A stretch of DNA of 63,464 nucleotides, the filler included, from Folioceros fuciformis (taxonomy: Eukaryota): the NCBI GenBank assembly GCA_049999805.1. It is 9 parts of 9 records of this genome, joined end to end, with 100 filler letters (N's around TTAATTAATTAA, not from the genome) between each part and the next. Parts side by side here need not be neighbours in the genome. Positions count along the whole stretch, not along the records: positions 1 to 9,582 come from JBNGIO010001079.1; positions 9,683 to 20,541 come from JBNGIO010001082.1; 7 more parts are not named here. One strand, written 5' to 3'. Below the pieces are notes generated by a model. The model worked only from the letters and a program-made list of their open reading frames with translations. It was not told where the DNA came from and did not search any database. Shown piece by piece: positions 1 through 12,918 of the stretch. How positions within the stretch are numbered: the first letter of the stretch is position 1; every line of letters begins with the position of its first letter. The position numbers and the translations under genes were made by a program.

Positions 1-1351
1 CCAGCACCCCAGGGTCAGTCTTCCATGACCGAGGAACCATTTTGGCTCGAAGCTGATCCCGCTGAATAAGCTACCGTTTTCAGGCCAGGTTCCGGCTGCT
101 GATCCCACTCCTTCCCACCTCTTCTCTATCATTCCCATTGCTCATGCCCCTTCCCTAGAGGCTAGCTCAGCCACCAAGGGTGAACAGTTGCAGGGGAAGA
201 CTCAGCAGGCGACCATCCAGCAAGGAAGAGGCGGCGTCCGTAGATCTTTGAAAATCAGACATCCTCCGAAGTCTCAGGATAGTCTAAGAGGTGGTAGATC
301 CTTGTGGTGGTAGGGCCAGGAGCTCATTGGTGGCAGGATGTGCTAGAAGTCTAAATAAGTGGCTGGTGACAGCCGGCTAGGCTATTAAAATAATATTTCT
401 CAAGTTAGAGAGAGGTGAAGTCAGAGAGAGAGAGAGGCTCCTATAAGATCAGGTGAGCTTGTAGGAGGAGGGAGTCATTCACTTTGGGAGTCAATCTATC
501 TCTTCGTGAGCTCTTGGAGGTCCTCTCTTCATGAGCTCTTGTGGTATGTCCCTACTTGGTTTAGGACCTGCAGTGTGTTGCCGGCTGTGCAACGTCTGGT
601 AGGATCGCAAGCCGCGTGTTGCCGGCTGTACAGTGTCTGGTAGGATCGCAGGCAGCGTGTTGCCGGCTGTACAGTGTCTGGTAGGATCGCGGGTAGCGTG
701 TTGCCAGTTGTATAGTGTCTGGTAGGATCACAAGGTGTAATGACTAGGGTGTAGGGGCTTGCCCCTAGCTCTTGATTGTAAAGGATGTGTCTTTCTCTCG
801 ACCTGTCCACTCTTGTTCCTTGCTTGGACAAGTGCTGTAGGCCGGCCATGTCTCATGGCATCTGGCAAGGTTGTGGGGAGGAGATATCCAAGAGGGGAGT
901 GTATTCCCTTCTTCCTTTTGTTTGGGGTTAGTCTAGTGACTCTTGCCGGGTAGGAGGAGTCAGTAGGGAAGTGTAGAAGGTAGTGGTGTCGTTGCTGGTT
1001 GCTGGTAGTTGCTGGTGTTGGTGTTGGAGTGAGAGAGTGAGTTAAGTGTGTGAGGGAAGTCGCAGATCTGAGAGGTTAGAGTCGTTGTAGTGACTGGAGT
1101 GAGTTTGTGGGCACCGAGAGAGGTGCAGCTGACTGCTGGACAGCGAGGCCTGTCCTACGCCTGATCAGAGCTGGAGGAGAGCCCTCGAATCCATCATCAA
1201 GTCGATTGAGTCCGACCCTCCATCCACAGTAGCAAGGAACCCCATCGCTCCTTTGTGGGAACGAAACCCAATGTCTCAACGACAGTGGGATAAGTGTGGC
1301 CACTAAAGGTGGAACCCGTTGGCAATCAGTGCCCGGGGTTTTGCCTCCACA
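1..1351 (+). mobile_element. 3' part of a long LTR (left end outside window), inserted into a Copia RT gene
   Basis: Non-coding, with a GA-repeat and TATA-like CTATAAGA near 441. Ends in ...TTTTGCCTCCACA (CA at 1350-1351), immediately followed by Copia RT codons (RFKMEDARP). 10-175 aligns by eye with 35915-36090. Confidence 0.6.
573..735 (+). repeat. 41-bp tandem repeat, 4 copies, inside the LTR
   Basis: GTGTTGCCGGCTGTACAGTGTCTGGTAGGATCGC core recurs at 575, 616, 657 and 698 (period 41). Confidence 0.95.
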
Positions 1352-1640
1352 AGATTTAAGATGGAGGATGCACGACCAGTCAGCACACCTATGTCTATAG
1401 GTGAAAAGCTATCTAAGGAACAATGCCCAACAATAGAAGAAGAAAAGGTTGAGATGGCACTCAAGCCTTATCGACAAGCTGTTGGTTGTTTAATTTATCT
1501 ACCAGGTTGGACTAGATTAGACATTACACGTGCAGTTAGTAATGTTAGTCAATTTTTAGAGAATCCTGGCTTGCCACATTGGGTTGCAGTGAAGAGGATT
1601 TTTAGGTACCTCAAAGGAACATCACGCAAAGGTTTACGTG
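1352..1640 (+). mobile_element. Ty1/Copia reverse transcriptase C-terminal fragment
   Basis: RFKMEDARPVSTPM...PYRQAVGCLIYL...TRLDITRAVSNVSQFLENPGLPHWVAVKRIFRYLKGT matches the Copia RT tail; paralogous to about 5520-5800. Confidence 0.9.
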
Positions 1641-1754
1641 GAGGCGCTTGCGCACAGTGTCGCCGCTTTGCATATAGCCATGGAGAAATCTCCTGTCTCA
1701 AGATTAGGTAATCCCTGGGCCAGGAAGCGTGCTAGGTGCGGCTGATGTCAAACA

Positions 1755-4700
1755 GTGAACGGGGAGGAAGAAACCCACATCCCTGTGGCCGTGGCAGAGG
1801 GACGCATTGGCCTCCGCGCTGGTTCAATCCTTTGGAAAATCCAAACTCTGATGACACCTCTTCTAAAGATCCCATGTCCGCGCTTGATCCTCCATCACAA
1901 CTTGAGCACGAAGCCTCTTCTGAGTCATCTCAAACTAGTTCCATTTTTTTGTCCATCTGCCGAGTCTATTTTAAATGCACAATTAGCTCAAGCAGCTGCA
2001 GCAGCCCAGGCTTCACGTTCAACACGTTTTGCTCAATCTACCCTTGTTTCTCAAACCCTTCAAGCTGTCTTAGCATCTCAAGTAGTTCACTCCATGGCCA
2101 ATCCAAACCTTGTTGGCACGGTCAACAACACCACCATCAACAACTTGAAGATCGACTTCAAGGAGAGAGACAGATTCTCTGGATCTCAGTTTGACATTTG
2201 GGCCATGCGAGTCAAGACCATTCTTTGAGAGAATGGTTTGTGGGATGTTGTGACGGGTACCACCCCAAAACCTACAGCGATTGCACCATTAGCTGATCAG
2301 GATGCATGGGCCATGAAGGACCTGCGTGCATTAGTGGTGATCTAGGCAGCCCTGGATGGGTCAATGATGCACTACACGCAGGATGTCGAAACTACAAAAG
2401 CAGCTTGGGGTGCTTTCATTCAATCCTACCAAGTGGTGAATGGGGCAGCCAACCTCACAGCCACACGACAGTTTTACAATTGCAAGATGCGAGAATCTGA
2501 CCCAATTGAGCAACATGTGAGCAGGTTCCGAACACTCTCTTCAAAGCTTACATCAAGTGGAACTCCCACAAGGGAAATGCAAGTAGCCACAACCCTGCTT
2601 CTTTCCCTGCCTGACAGCTACCAGACCTTTGTGAGCAACCACAGCACGAGGCTTCGCCAAATAGCTCAGGCCACACCTGCAAGACAAGTACCAGCCGTGT
2701 CCCTTGCAGATCTAATCAGAGCTCTTCTCGAGGAGGAGTCCTCTAGACAAGCAAATCGAAGTGGACCCTCCCAGAGGGGAGAAGCCTCAAATAGAGTACT
2801 CTATACAAACAAGGGTACTTGACGGCCTCCACCTCGTCAAACCTATCAAAGGGACAACAATGGAAGTAAGAAACCTGCAGCTAGCATGGGAACCAAGAAG
2901 AATTGGTGTTTGATACCTGGACACTGGGAGGCAGACTGTTGGAAGAAGAAGGCGGGTGAACCTCGTCGGGTAGCACCTCCAGAATCAAATGTGGCTCATC
3001 GCAAGGTGAACACGTTGCTAGCCGTCTACATGGTAGCAACCCCCCAGTACAAGCATTCCTAGTACTTAGACTCTGGAGCTTCCTCACATGTCTGTCATAC
3101 TTTCAAAGCTTTTTCAGAGTATAGGAAGATGCCACGAGGTCAAGTCGTGTTGCTTGGAGACAACCGTGGTCTCCCCATAGCTGGTATAGGCAAGGTCCCT
3201 GTACAGCTCATGAATGGCACCACAATAGACCTTATTGAAGTTTTACACGTCCTAGCAATGGTTAAGAACTTTGTATCTGTACATTTGCTTGACACCCAGC
3301 ACGTGCTACACGTAATGTTTGCTGGAGGGGAGTGTAAGGTACTAGACCCCTCATTAAAGGACAAGGTCGTCATTCGAGGCACACCTGTCTATAACCTATA
3401 CAAATTAGACATCACATACAAGTTAAGTGTTCAAGCTGAAACACATGTAGCTAGTCTAAGTGAGGAGAAGCTAGCTGAGAGAGAGACCCTTTTGTGGCAC
3501 TACCGGCTTGGACATGCCAACTTTGACAAGCTGAAGTCTATGATAGCTAGCAACACTCTCTACAGGAAAAAATTCATGAGAAGGTTTGCGGACAAACAGT
3601 TCTACGAAGCTTGCGTGTTTGGGAAGCAGCATCGCCAACCGTACACTGACAAGAACCCAACAAGGGCCACACAGTTATTAGAATTGGTGCATACTGACAT
3701 ATGTGGCCCCATGTCAACAGCAACCTTTGGGGGAGCCAAATACATGTTGCTTATTATAGATGATTGGAGTAGATACACAATGATCTATCTAATCAAGCAA
3801 AAGAGTGATGCTCTAGGGTGCTTCCAAGACTACGTTACCTTTGCTCAAAGGCAGACTGGTCAGCTTCTGAAGACGCTGCGGAGTGACAATGGTGGGGAAT
3901 TTTGCTCACATGCCTTCAATGACTATTGCAGCAATCTCGGGATTGCCCGGCAGCTTACCACACCCTACACTTCGGCACAAAACCCAATTGCAGAGCTCAG
4001 CAACAAGCATGTTCAGGAGTTCGCTAAATCAATAATGAAGGTGGCAGGCTTGTCCAGAGGCTACTGGGGAGAAGCTGCAGCAACAGTAGTGTACCCCCAA
4101 AACCGTCTACCCACAAAGGCCTTCACTAGAGCTACACCTTTTGAGCGGTGGACATCTCACAAGCCTCGAATCTCACATCTTCAAATATTTGGTGCAGCTA
4201 CGTATGCACACTTATCCGAAGACCAGAGGGTGAAGCTAGATTACAAGGCTCGTAAGTATGTCTTTGTGGGGTATACAAAAGGCATAAAAGGGTACAAACT
4301 CTTTGACCCCATCACTCACACTACAACCCACTGCCGCAGCGTTACCTTTCACGAACAGTTGTTGCTAGCCTCACTTGAGCTTATTCCAGTGACACAGCAC
4401 CCGAACCACAAGATGAGTTCGAACAGGGCACTTTCCAGTCCCTTAGCTTGCCACCTACACCTACACCTGCACCTCTTGCTGCTGATCCAGAGGAGGAACT
4501 GAGCTCATTCCTGTCTGACAATGAGGACGAAGCCCCAGAAGCTAAAGAGCCTGAATTGGAAGAGCAGGAACCTGAACAAGAGGTCCCTACTCAAAGTCAG
4601 CAGCCATCTAAGCCTTCTGCCCCACAGCTTTGAAGGAGCACAAGGAGACACACCTCCTCTCCATCTGAGTGGGTAAATCCACCCTTCATTGCTTCCTCTT

Positions 4701-6321
4701 TCTTGGTGCAAGAGGATGTTGATCCAGAAGACTTAGGTGAGCCACTCTTCTACAAGGAAGCTATTAGCTTGCCCGAAGCAGCAAAGTGGATTGAGGGCAT
4801 CAATTCTGAGTACAAGTCCCTAGTAGACAATGGAACATGGGAGCTTGTTGACTACCAGCAGGCAGAAAACCAGTCACATGCAAATGGGTTTTCAAGAAGA
4901 AGCTAAACTCTGATGGAAGTGTCTCCCGTTACAAAGCAAGACTAGTTGCAAGAGGGTATAGCCAAGTACAAGGCTTGGACTACACCGAAACATTCTCTCC
5001 AGTGGTATGTTCCACATCAGTATGCTCCCTGTTTGCTATCGCAGCATAACATGATTATGCAATGGAGCATATGGATGTGAAGATAGCTTTTCGCAATGGT
5101 ACCTTGGAGGAGACCATCTACATGCGCCAATCGGAGGGCTTTGAAGATCCTAGACACCCAACCAAAGTGTGTAAGCTCATGAAAACTATATATGGGCTTA
5201 AGCAATCACCTAGGGCATGGTACAATAGAATAGATACTTATCTAAGGAAGTTAGGATTCGTGCAAAGCGAGGCTGATTCCAATGTGTACCTGTTGAGAGA
5301 GCAAGAGGGTGTAGTGTTTCTTGCTCTCTATATGGATGATGCAGTGTTGATGGCCAGCAGTCCCAAGCTTATGTCAAAGGTCAAGAAAATACTTACCTCA
5401 GAATTTTCAATGACTAGCCTAGGCAAGCTCACATGGTTCTTGGGCATTCAAATAGTCCAGGATTTGACTACACACACTGTGGCAATCCATCAAGCACAAT
5501 ATATTAGTCACATTCTAGCTAGATTTAGAATGGTTGACTGCAAACCTGCACCAACACCAGTGGCTGCAGGGGAGAAACTTAGCCTAGAGCAATCTCCTAA
5601 AACAGAGGAAGAAAGGATACAAATGGACAAAGTCCCGTATAGATCAGCTGTTTGCACTTTAATCTACTGTAGAAATTGGACCCGGCCAGACTTGTCACAT
5701 GCAGTGGGAGTCACTGCTCAATTCTTAACATGTTATGGAGCACCCCACTGGATAGCTGTGCAGCAGATTTTTTGGTATCTAAAGGGTACTCCCAAACTTG
5801 GACTAATCTATAGGAAGAGGCCAGAAGCACTCACACTTACCTGCTTCTGTGATGTTGATTGGGCTTCGGACTCAGACACCCATAAGTCAATCTCAGCAAA
5901 CTGCTTGCTTCTGGGCTCCAATGAGTACGACTCAGGTGTCATCTCTTAGTACAGTAAGAAACAACAAGTTGTTGCATTGTCCTCAACCAAGGCTGAAAAT
6001 GCAGCAACTGCAACAGCAGCACATGATATTGTGCATGTTAGGGAGTTACTTGCATCACTAGGAGAAGAGCAAGCTGCACCCACATTGCTACTATGTGATA
6101 ATCAATCAGCTATAGTACTTGCTCAAAACCCTATAATGCATGCTAGAACTAAGCACATAGAAATAAAGCATCATTTTATAAGACAGGTCATACTTAATGC
6201 ACAGGCAAACTTACAGTATGTCCCCACAAATCAGAATGTAGCGGATGTCCTCACTAAAGCACTAGCTAAGGAAAGGCACGATAGATTTTGCAAGGCTATG
6301 GAGCTAGTAGAATGTCCCTAA
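1755..6321 (+). mobile_element. Ty1/Copia gag-pol, near full length, inactivated by stops and frameshifts
   Basis: Domains in Copia order: gag (DRFSGSQFDIWAMRVKTIL; FYNCKMRESDPIEQHVSRF), zinc knuckle near 2900, protease (LDSGASSH), GAG-pre-integrase (LWHYRLGH), integrase (VHTDICGP, IIDDWSR, LRSDNGGEF), RT (LYMDD), RNase H (CDNQSAI, RTKHIEIKHHFIR). Confidence 0.95.
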
Positions 6322-6762
6322 GTCCTACAACACCCATAGACAGCAAAGTGCATGCAAAGTTGTTCGTGCATCTCCTTAAGGAATTCAATCTTCACTTAAT
6401 TTTTGAGTGAGCATCACCGTGGTGCACCTACACCAAGGCTCTGCAAGGAATGGAGAACATCAGCTCATGGTAGCAAGGGAATACAACAGGCAGTGGGAGC
6501 AATTCTCACCAACACCCGGCTTACCATAACGTATGATAAGGCGGCCCTGGTCTTTGAATTTTGAGCCCGTATACATGAATCTGTCCATACAGTTGGGGAG
6601 CATTCTGTAGGGCACATCAAGCACAAGGCAAGGGAGTCCCTATAGCAATCTCCATCGAGCGTGAGTTGCCTCCAATTTCTGCTTCAGCAAATTAGAGCTT
6701 GGCACACGAAGACCGAGCGGGAAGATTGAAGATTTAAAACGCACAAAAAATTTACTAAGTCT

Positions 6763-7103
6763 AAGTGGGAGTATAGAAAAATATGAAATTAGGAGTCAAT
6801 TTTGTACTAAATAGCCAGCCTTAGATTTATTTATTAAATTAGGCAAAACGTTATAGGTATGAAACAGTATGCCGTTTCATACCGACGTGACCAAACCCTA
6901 AGCAACGTGTTCACTCACGTGAACAGTCGTACCTCACAGACCTACACAAAGCTGCCTTAAGGGGCAGCTCGGTCACAGCAATAATCAATTCATTCTTTCC
7001 TCTATGCCTATCGATCAACCTGCTTGACTGTCTTCAGATCCTTTCCTCCATTGTGTTGGTCAAGGCCCATGACCCGGCAGACCTACTCATCTAGTGCCCT
7101 ACA
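6763..7103 (+). mobile_element. Polypurine tract and putative ~330-bp 3' LTR of the Copia element
   Basis: AAGTGGGAG at 6763-6771, then TATAG... (probably mutated TGTAG) at 6772 and a matching ...CTACA at 7099-7103. The right boundary is inferred. Confidence 0.55.
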
Positions 7104-7383
7104 GCGTGTATCCAGATAGCTAACCATCAGCCAGGGCCCGAGCACCTTCCCTTGCATCTGCAGTCAGCCGGATCTGCCTGAGACCACAGCCCAAATCCCA
7201 CTGCCTTTCTTGCTTAGGACCCTGCAGCCAGGCTGCTGCCTAGCTCTCGAATCCAACCCCCATCCATCTCACAAGGGCCACACCTTGCTCCCCGCTTGGT
7301 AGGCCTCGCCACAATCTAGCCAGCTGTTGCTAGGCTAGCCACCTGCCAGGATTCCCCCCTGGCCAGGTTTTGTAGTTTTCTCA

Positions 7384-8012
7384 CTAATTAGCAGTGAGGT
7401 TGAAACGTGTCTCCACAACTCCGTTCCGTCCCCAGCGTCGTTGCCCTGTGAGTTGCTGTGACGCCATCTTGCATTGCATGAAGAGTCGGCGTTGTTTATG
7501 ATCTTGCTTCACAGCTAGCACCAGACAATCAGAGTGCTTCATACAGTACTTGGGAGTGTCTTCTTTCCCCAGGATCCTCCACAACAGTCCTCGTCTGCGT
7601 TGTCCCAAAATTATTGCAGAGGCTTCCAGCTCTTGGTATCAAACACTATGGTAGGGCCCTGATCACCTTCAACAACTATGATCTCCACTCTTGCCTTAGG
7701 ATTTTGACGGTCACACAACTCCTTGAGGGACAGAGCAAGCTGATAACCTTTGAGCCAGAGGAGCCTGCGAGTCCTGTCCACAACCTTGGCCCCGCCCTTA
7801 AGCAAGCATGTTGCACTGTGAATGGAGGAAGAAGGACGGCCAGGGATAGAGGGGTGCACATGCAGCAAGGTGATAATGTCTCCCCTGCGGACCACATTGA
7901 GCATCGCCCAGCGTAATGCAGCCCTTGCAGACTTCACATCATCCACCACCATCCTCCTTGCCTCCTACCCGTTTGCCTGAGACTGCAAGCACCCGCTTTT
8001 ATCTCGTTCCAT
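7384..8012 (-). pseudogene. Universal stress protein (USP, adenine nucleotide alpha hydrolase-like) pseudogene, no introns visible
   Basis: ATG at 8012; in-frame TAG at 7967-7965; then MVVDDVKSARAALRWAMLNVVRRGDIITLLHV...GYQLALSLKELC...VEIIVVEGD. A 1-nt frameshift near 7632 restores LEASAIILGQRRRGLLWR...CLVLAVKQ. Confidence 0.8.
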
Positions 8013-9582
8013 GCACCTCACTCTCCTACCTCTGCCTCCCCGTCCACCTTCAATTCCCTTGGCCAGTCGGCCACCTCAGGCGGCCCCAGCTCAACCAGCC
8101 GCAGCCAGCCTGCCATGCGCCCACAAGCCGGCCTTCTACCACCTGCTTCTGGCCGCCTACCAGAGGCCGCAAGGTGGCCTCCCTCCTTCTGGATCTGGCT
8201 AACCCGCCGCTACACGGCCTGCCTCAGCCCTGCCCAGGCCTGCCATGCCTAGAGCGCCCTGCCCACAGCCTGCCTCCAACGTCCTGCCAGGCCGACCGCA
8301 CCCACCTGGCCTGCCTGCGTTGTTGGTCTGAATCTGGCCAGCCGGCCTACCCTCCTAGGTCTGGCCAGGCTCAGATCCACCCCGGCGAGCCCCTACAAGC
8401 TAGCTGGCCTGCCTACTCCAGGGTCAGCTAGCCGGTCGGACCCCCTACCTCTACCAAGCTGGCCGCCCCTACCTGATCCCCTTCGGCTTGCCACAACCCG
8501 CCGGAGTGGCCTACCCCCGACTGGGGCCTCCCCTGCTAGCCAGCCCCCGGTTGGCCCAAAGATCGGCTAGCCAGCATGGGCGGATCAAGCGCTGCCGCCT
8601 GGCTAGCTCCGAGCTGGCTAGATCCAGCAAGCAAGGAGGACGTGCCCGCCAGCCAGCCCCTACCTCGCTTCGTCCCGGCCTTTAGATCGCAGGACTCGGC
8701 CCCCTGCTCAGTTGCCATGGCCTGTCTGGGTTCGATTCGCTTGTACCAGCCTGGATGCACGACCTCCTGCTTGCCTAGATCTAGCCACCTGCTAGAGGCC
8801 ACAAGCTGTCCTGCTCCCCCTCCGGATCCGGCCAAGTAGCCAATGCCTCTGAAGGCCTGTCACTAGATCCACCCCGAGGGCCACCTGAGCCCGCTAGCTA
8901 GCCGCCTCAATCACTGCTGCCAGGTGCCAGGTAGCAGCCTGGCTACCTGGCGATCCGGCATCTGCCAGGCTGCTGCAAGCCGGCCTACCTACCTGCAGCC
9001 CGCCTGGGCCTCATCGCCAACCGTCGACTGCCTGGCTCCAATATTAGTCAGCCACTCCTTGCTCCACTGCCGCAACCAGGCCGTTTAGATCCTCCGTCCC
9101 CAAAGGCCGCAAACCGGTCTGCTGCCTTCCGAATCTGGTAGGCAGCCAGCTTTCAGCGCTAGCTAGGCCGCCCTCTTCGAGGCCACACATCAGCCTCCTG
9201 CCTCCCAGATCCAGCCAAGTAGCCAGCCTACGCAGCTTGGGTACCTGCTAGGTTCGTTTGCTTGGAGGCCAGAAGCCAGCTTGGCTGCTTGGGTTCCTCC
9301 CCCGGCCACTTTGCTGCCTGATGACTCTGCCCGCAACCCGGCCGCACGCCATCCCTTGCCGCTGCTGGCTGCCTACAGCCCGATCTGTTGGGCTGGCGGC
9401 TGCTAGCTGATCGGCCAGAGCCCGAATAACCCCGAAGCCTGCATCCGCCTAGCCCGGATCCAACTACCGCTGGGCCTCCTGCCGGCTTCCAGATCCAGCA
9501 GTTGCCGAGCCACCTGTGGGCCACCTGATCCGGCCTCGGCTGCAGCCAGCCCGGTGCAGCACCCCGTGCAGCTCCTCCACCC

Positions 9583-9682
9583 NNNNNNNNNNNNNNNNNN
9601 NNNNNNNNNNNNNNNNNNNNNNNNNNTTAATTAATTAANNNNNNNNNNNNNNNNNNNNNNNNNNNNNNNNNNNNNNNNNNNN
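9583..9682. other. Artificial contig linker (N44-TTAATTAATTAA-N44)
   Basis: Exactly 100 nt; core gives stops in all six frames. Identical copies at 20542-20641, 24109-24208, 28432-28531, 42608-42707, 54650-54749, 58370-58469 and 60997-61096. Confidence 0.98.
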
Positions 9683-10401
9683 ATGAACTATTTGAGATAA
9701 TAGAAACAAGATGCAAAAGTTCTTGAAGATCAAAAAAATGTTACAAAAGTATATTTTTATCTTTTTAATAAAAATATGTATTTTAATATATATATATATA
9801 TATATAAGAAATACTGAAGAATTTTTATATTAAAATAAACATAATAATACTTAACATTAAAGATTTAAGAGTGTTTCTTTTTTCTATGTAAGAGCAATTG
9901 GTCACCCCCTCTTTGGGGGGTTTATGCATTCTTGAAGATAATGAAACTATGATCATATGGGATAGATACTATGAGACTCTATGTAGATCTTGAAAGTTAT
10001 GTTCAATCTTGTTGTTGAACTATGGCACTTTTGAATGGACATTGAATCAATGAATGAGGATTAAAATTCTTTACTTTACGATGATTAACTATATGTTTAT
10101 AAGTTATAAGAAAATACAGCATCTTTTGTCATGGACTTGAAACAACCCAAAGCTCCCACTTCCCAAAACTATGCTTCCTTGCAATGCTATGTAGAGGCTT
10201 CTTGGTCGGCACAACAAAAGGCATACCACATGTTAAATGATGATCATGGTAATTAAAACGAACTATTAATAAGTTTCGTAGTCAGTTCCATTGTTTGGCT
10301 TTGTAGTAATTGTGAAGATGTAATGACATTGGGATGGTGGTGCTATCTACTACCTACAACTCATGTCAATTAACTTGTTGGATTGGATCTTTAGCAACGC
10401 C

Positions 10402-11686
10402 ATGATACTGCCTGCTATGGGAACAGGAAGGACTTTCAAGGAGTCTTTGAAAGCTTTAGAAGCTGATATCCAACATGCTAATACCTTGTAAGAGGAAGCA
10501 ACCCATTTAGTTGTGAACCCACTCTTTGAGAGGCTAATGTTTGTGCAGCAGCTGCTGCAATGAAACATTGGTTAGTGCTAGAAGCAACATATTATAGTAG
10601 ATTGACTTCTTCTGGTCTTGACACTTAGAGCATCGGAATTTCCTCGAGAATATGATGGTGCCTGTCTGCAAATGAGGTTGTCCTACAGCCCAGCAGCTCA
10701 TTTTCTTCTCTTCTTGGTCCGGTGGACTGATTGCAGCCTTGCTGGTGCTCTAGGATTGCTCCGAGTGCTTATCTACAAGGTATATCGATCTCTTTCACTC
10801 CTTGCCTAATCTATTTTCTAATCGACAAGCCCTCCATTATGAGAGCCTAATGCAATGTTGCACTTATAATCAATCCGTTGTTGTTGTAAACATTTCAGAC
10901 GAGTTGGAATTTTACATCTGTTTTTCTCCATGTTCTTGCTTAAAATATGGAAACATGTTTTGAAAGGTTTATATTGATGGAACAACAACCATGTCAACAC
11001 ATGAAAGAAAAGCAAGCTTGCGTGAATTCTATGGTAAGTATGCATTTCTAGTTGTGTTCAGCTGGGATGTAGTGTTCATTAAGTTACAAGATTTGAAGCT
11101 TTATTTTATGTTGATATGTTGTTCGCATTGGATGCAGCTTATATTTATCCTTCTTTGCAGCAATTACCTGGTGGTTTGACTGAACTTGAAGATATTAAGC
11201 AGAAAGCACTGTGTTTGGAAAGATACAAAAAGAAGGTGAATGAAGAAAGAGGACACATGTCCGATCTCGATCTAGAGAGAGAACAAGAATGCGGCATTTG
11301 CATGGAAACAAATAACAAAATTGCTTTACCGGATTGTAATCACGCCATGTGCATCAAATGCTACCGCGAATGGTAATCAACGAAAATACAACACGATAAA
11401 TCAAAACGATCAAGTTTAAAATTTATTTGCTATTGAATTGTTTTTAATCGTGTTCCAAATTGCATATGCGTGTAGGCACGCCAGGTCGCAGTCTTGTCCT
11501 TTTTGCAGAGATAGTCTGAAACGGGTTAATTCAAGGGATCTATGGATCTTCACGGACATGGATGATGTGCAAGACATGGTGACTTTGGCGAGGGATAATT
11601 TGCGACGCTTGTTTGTTTATATTGACAAATTACCACTCTTGTTATCGGAGAGCGTGTTTACCGTGTGTGACTCGCACATGAAGTGA
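10402..11686 (+). CDS. AIRP2: AIRP2-like C3HC4 RING E3 ubiquitin ligase, 5 exons (10402-10487, 10629-10779, 10967-11033, 11138-11372, 11476-11686), 249 aa
   Basis: FKESLKALEADIQHANTLASEFPREYDGACLQMRLSYSPAAH...CGICMETNNKIALPDCNHAMCIKCYREWHARSQSCPFCR. All four introns are GT-AG and the spliced length is 750 nt, in frame. Confidence 0.92.
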
Positions 11687-11760
11687 CTTTACTATGAAGT
11701 GACTTTATCATGAAGTGACTTTTACCATGAAGTGATTTTTACCATGAAGTGACTTTTACA
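11678..11760 (+). repeat. 16-17 bp tandem repeat (5 copies) containing the last two codons and stop codon of the RING gene
   Basis: ATGAAGTGACTTT(T)ACC-like unit repeated five times, starting at the terminal ATG AAG TGA. Confidence 0.9.
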
Positions 11761-12839
11761 AGGCTTTCGATGATATTGCATTAGATGTTGGTCTCTGTGG
11801 TAATATTTGATCTAAGATATGTCTTAGCACGTGCCATAACATAGATAGTCTTTTCGTAATCATATTGAATGTGTAATTTCAATGCATTAACACAAGGAAA
11901 TATTTACGTGAATAATATTCTTGTATTATTAAAGAATCACAAATCAAGGGGATAAAATGGAAATTAGACAATGTGATCTAAGAGTTTTATCATGCTTTGT
12001 CATACCTCTTGTTTGCAAAAAAAATTGCAACATGAGTCACTGACATTTGTTGGACCATGTTCCATAGTGTGCTTTTAAAATCTCTTGAACTTTTATGTTA
12101 AGACTATCAAATGCGGAATTCAAAGCTATCATATTTAAAATTTAATAAAAAAATTAATTTTAATTAATATATATAAATTTGTAGTACTAATTTATAGTAC
12201 TAGTAATCTTTGATTTTTTCATATATGTTCTAAGATAATTATATATTTTAATTATTTATAAATAAAAAATATTATTATTATAAATATAAATAAAACTTAA
12301 TTATAAATATAAATATGAATTAAACATAGAAAATAATATAATATAATAAGACTATTTTTAGCTCAGCATTCTCCTTTGCTAGCTACCTCAGCATTGTCCG
12401 TGTGATGTGGATGGTACATGTACGTTGGTAGAACGAAGCGACTCCCATACCAGACAACATGTGTACATACTACCTACGTACAGTATATATGGGGTCCGGA
12501 ATCCCGGATAAAGAAACCTGGGGAAAATGCCAGAAGATAACAACTTCTCTGTTTGGTTCTTGCATCTGACCGTACATTTGTGAGCCGGGGTGAACGAGGC
12601 TGATGAGCAGGTGCCAACAGAAAGCTTGGATGGAGGCAACAGTTCCTTGCAGTCTTGCCCTTCGCCACAGCTGCTGCCTGTCCCTGCAATGTGGATATGC
12701 CAGGGCGGCGTGGTGATGGTGGGCTGCGAGCCCTGAAGGAATTCGCGCTCCTGCAAACACAGTTTACAGGGAGGAGAACGTTTGAATGATCCTTGAATGG
12801 TGGGAGAGTGTTCTTGGTTTCTGTGAGCAGGCCGGGTTC

Positions 12840-12847
12840 TAGGGTTT
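12840..12847. promoter_or_regulatory. Telo-box upstream of the 12919 gene
   Basis: TAGGGTTT (reverse complement AAACCCTA) about 75 nt before the ATG; motif match only. Confidence 0.35.
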
Positions 12848-12918
12848 CCATGTCGGGGTACCGGGCTGTGTTGTGAACCTTCAGTCTGGGAAGGGGAGCT
12901 CATGGAGGAGAGGCTGTG

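Noticed and set aside
573..735. 41-bp repeats as a CRISPR-like array
   Set aside because: Units are head-to-tail with no unique spacers, there are no cas genes, and the context is a eukaryotic LTR.
9627..9638. Recurring palindromic TTAATTAATTAA as a biological motif
   Set aside because: Always centred in N44 blocks; an assembly linker. ORFs ending in X-run LIN are artefacts.
12130..12360. Extremely AT-rich tract as a Helitron or MULE end carrying the RING gene
   Set aside because: No 3' hairpin-CTRR or matching terminal inverted repeat could be identified.
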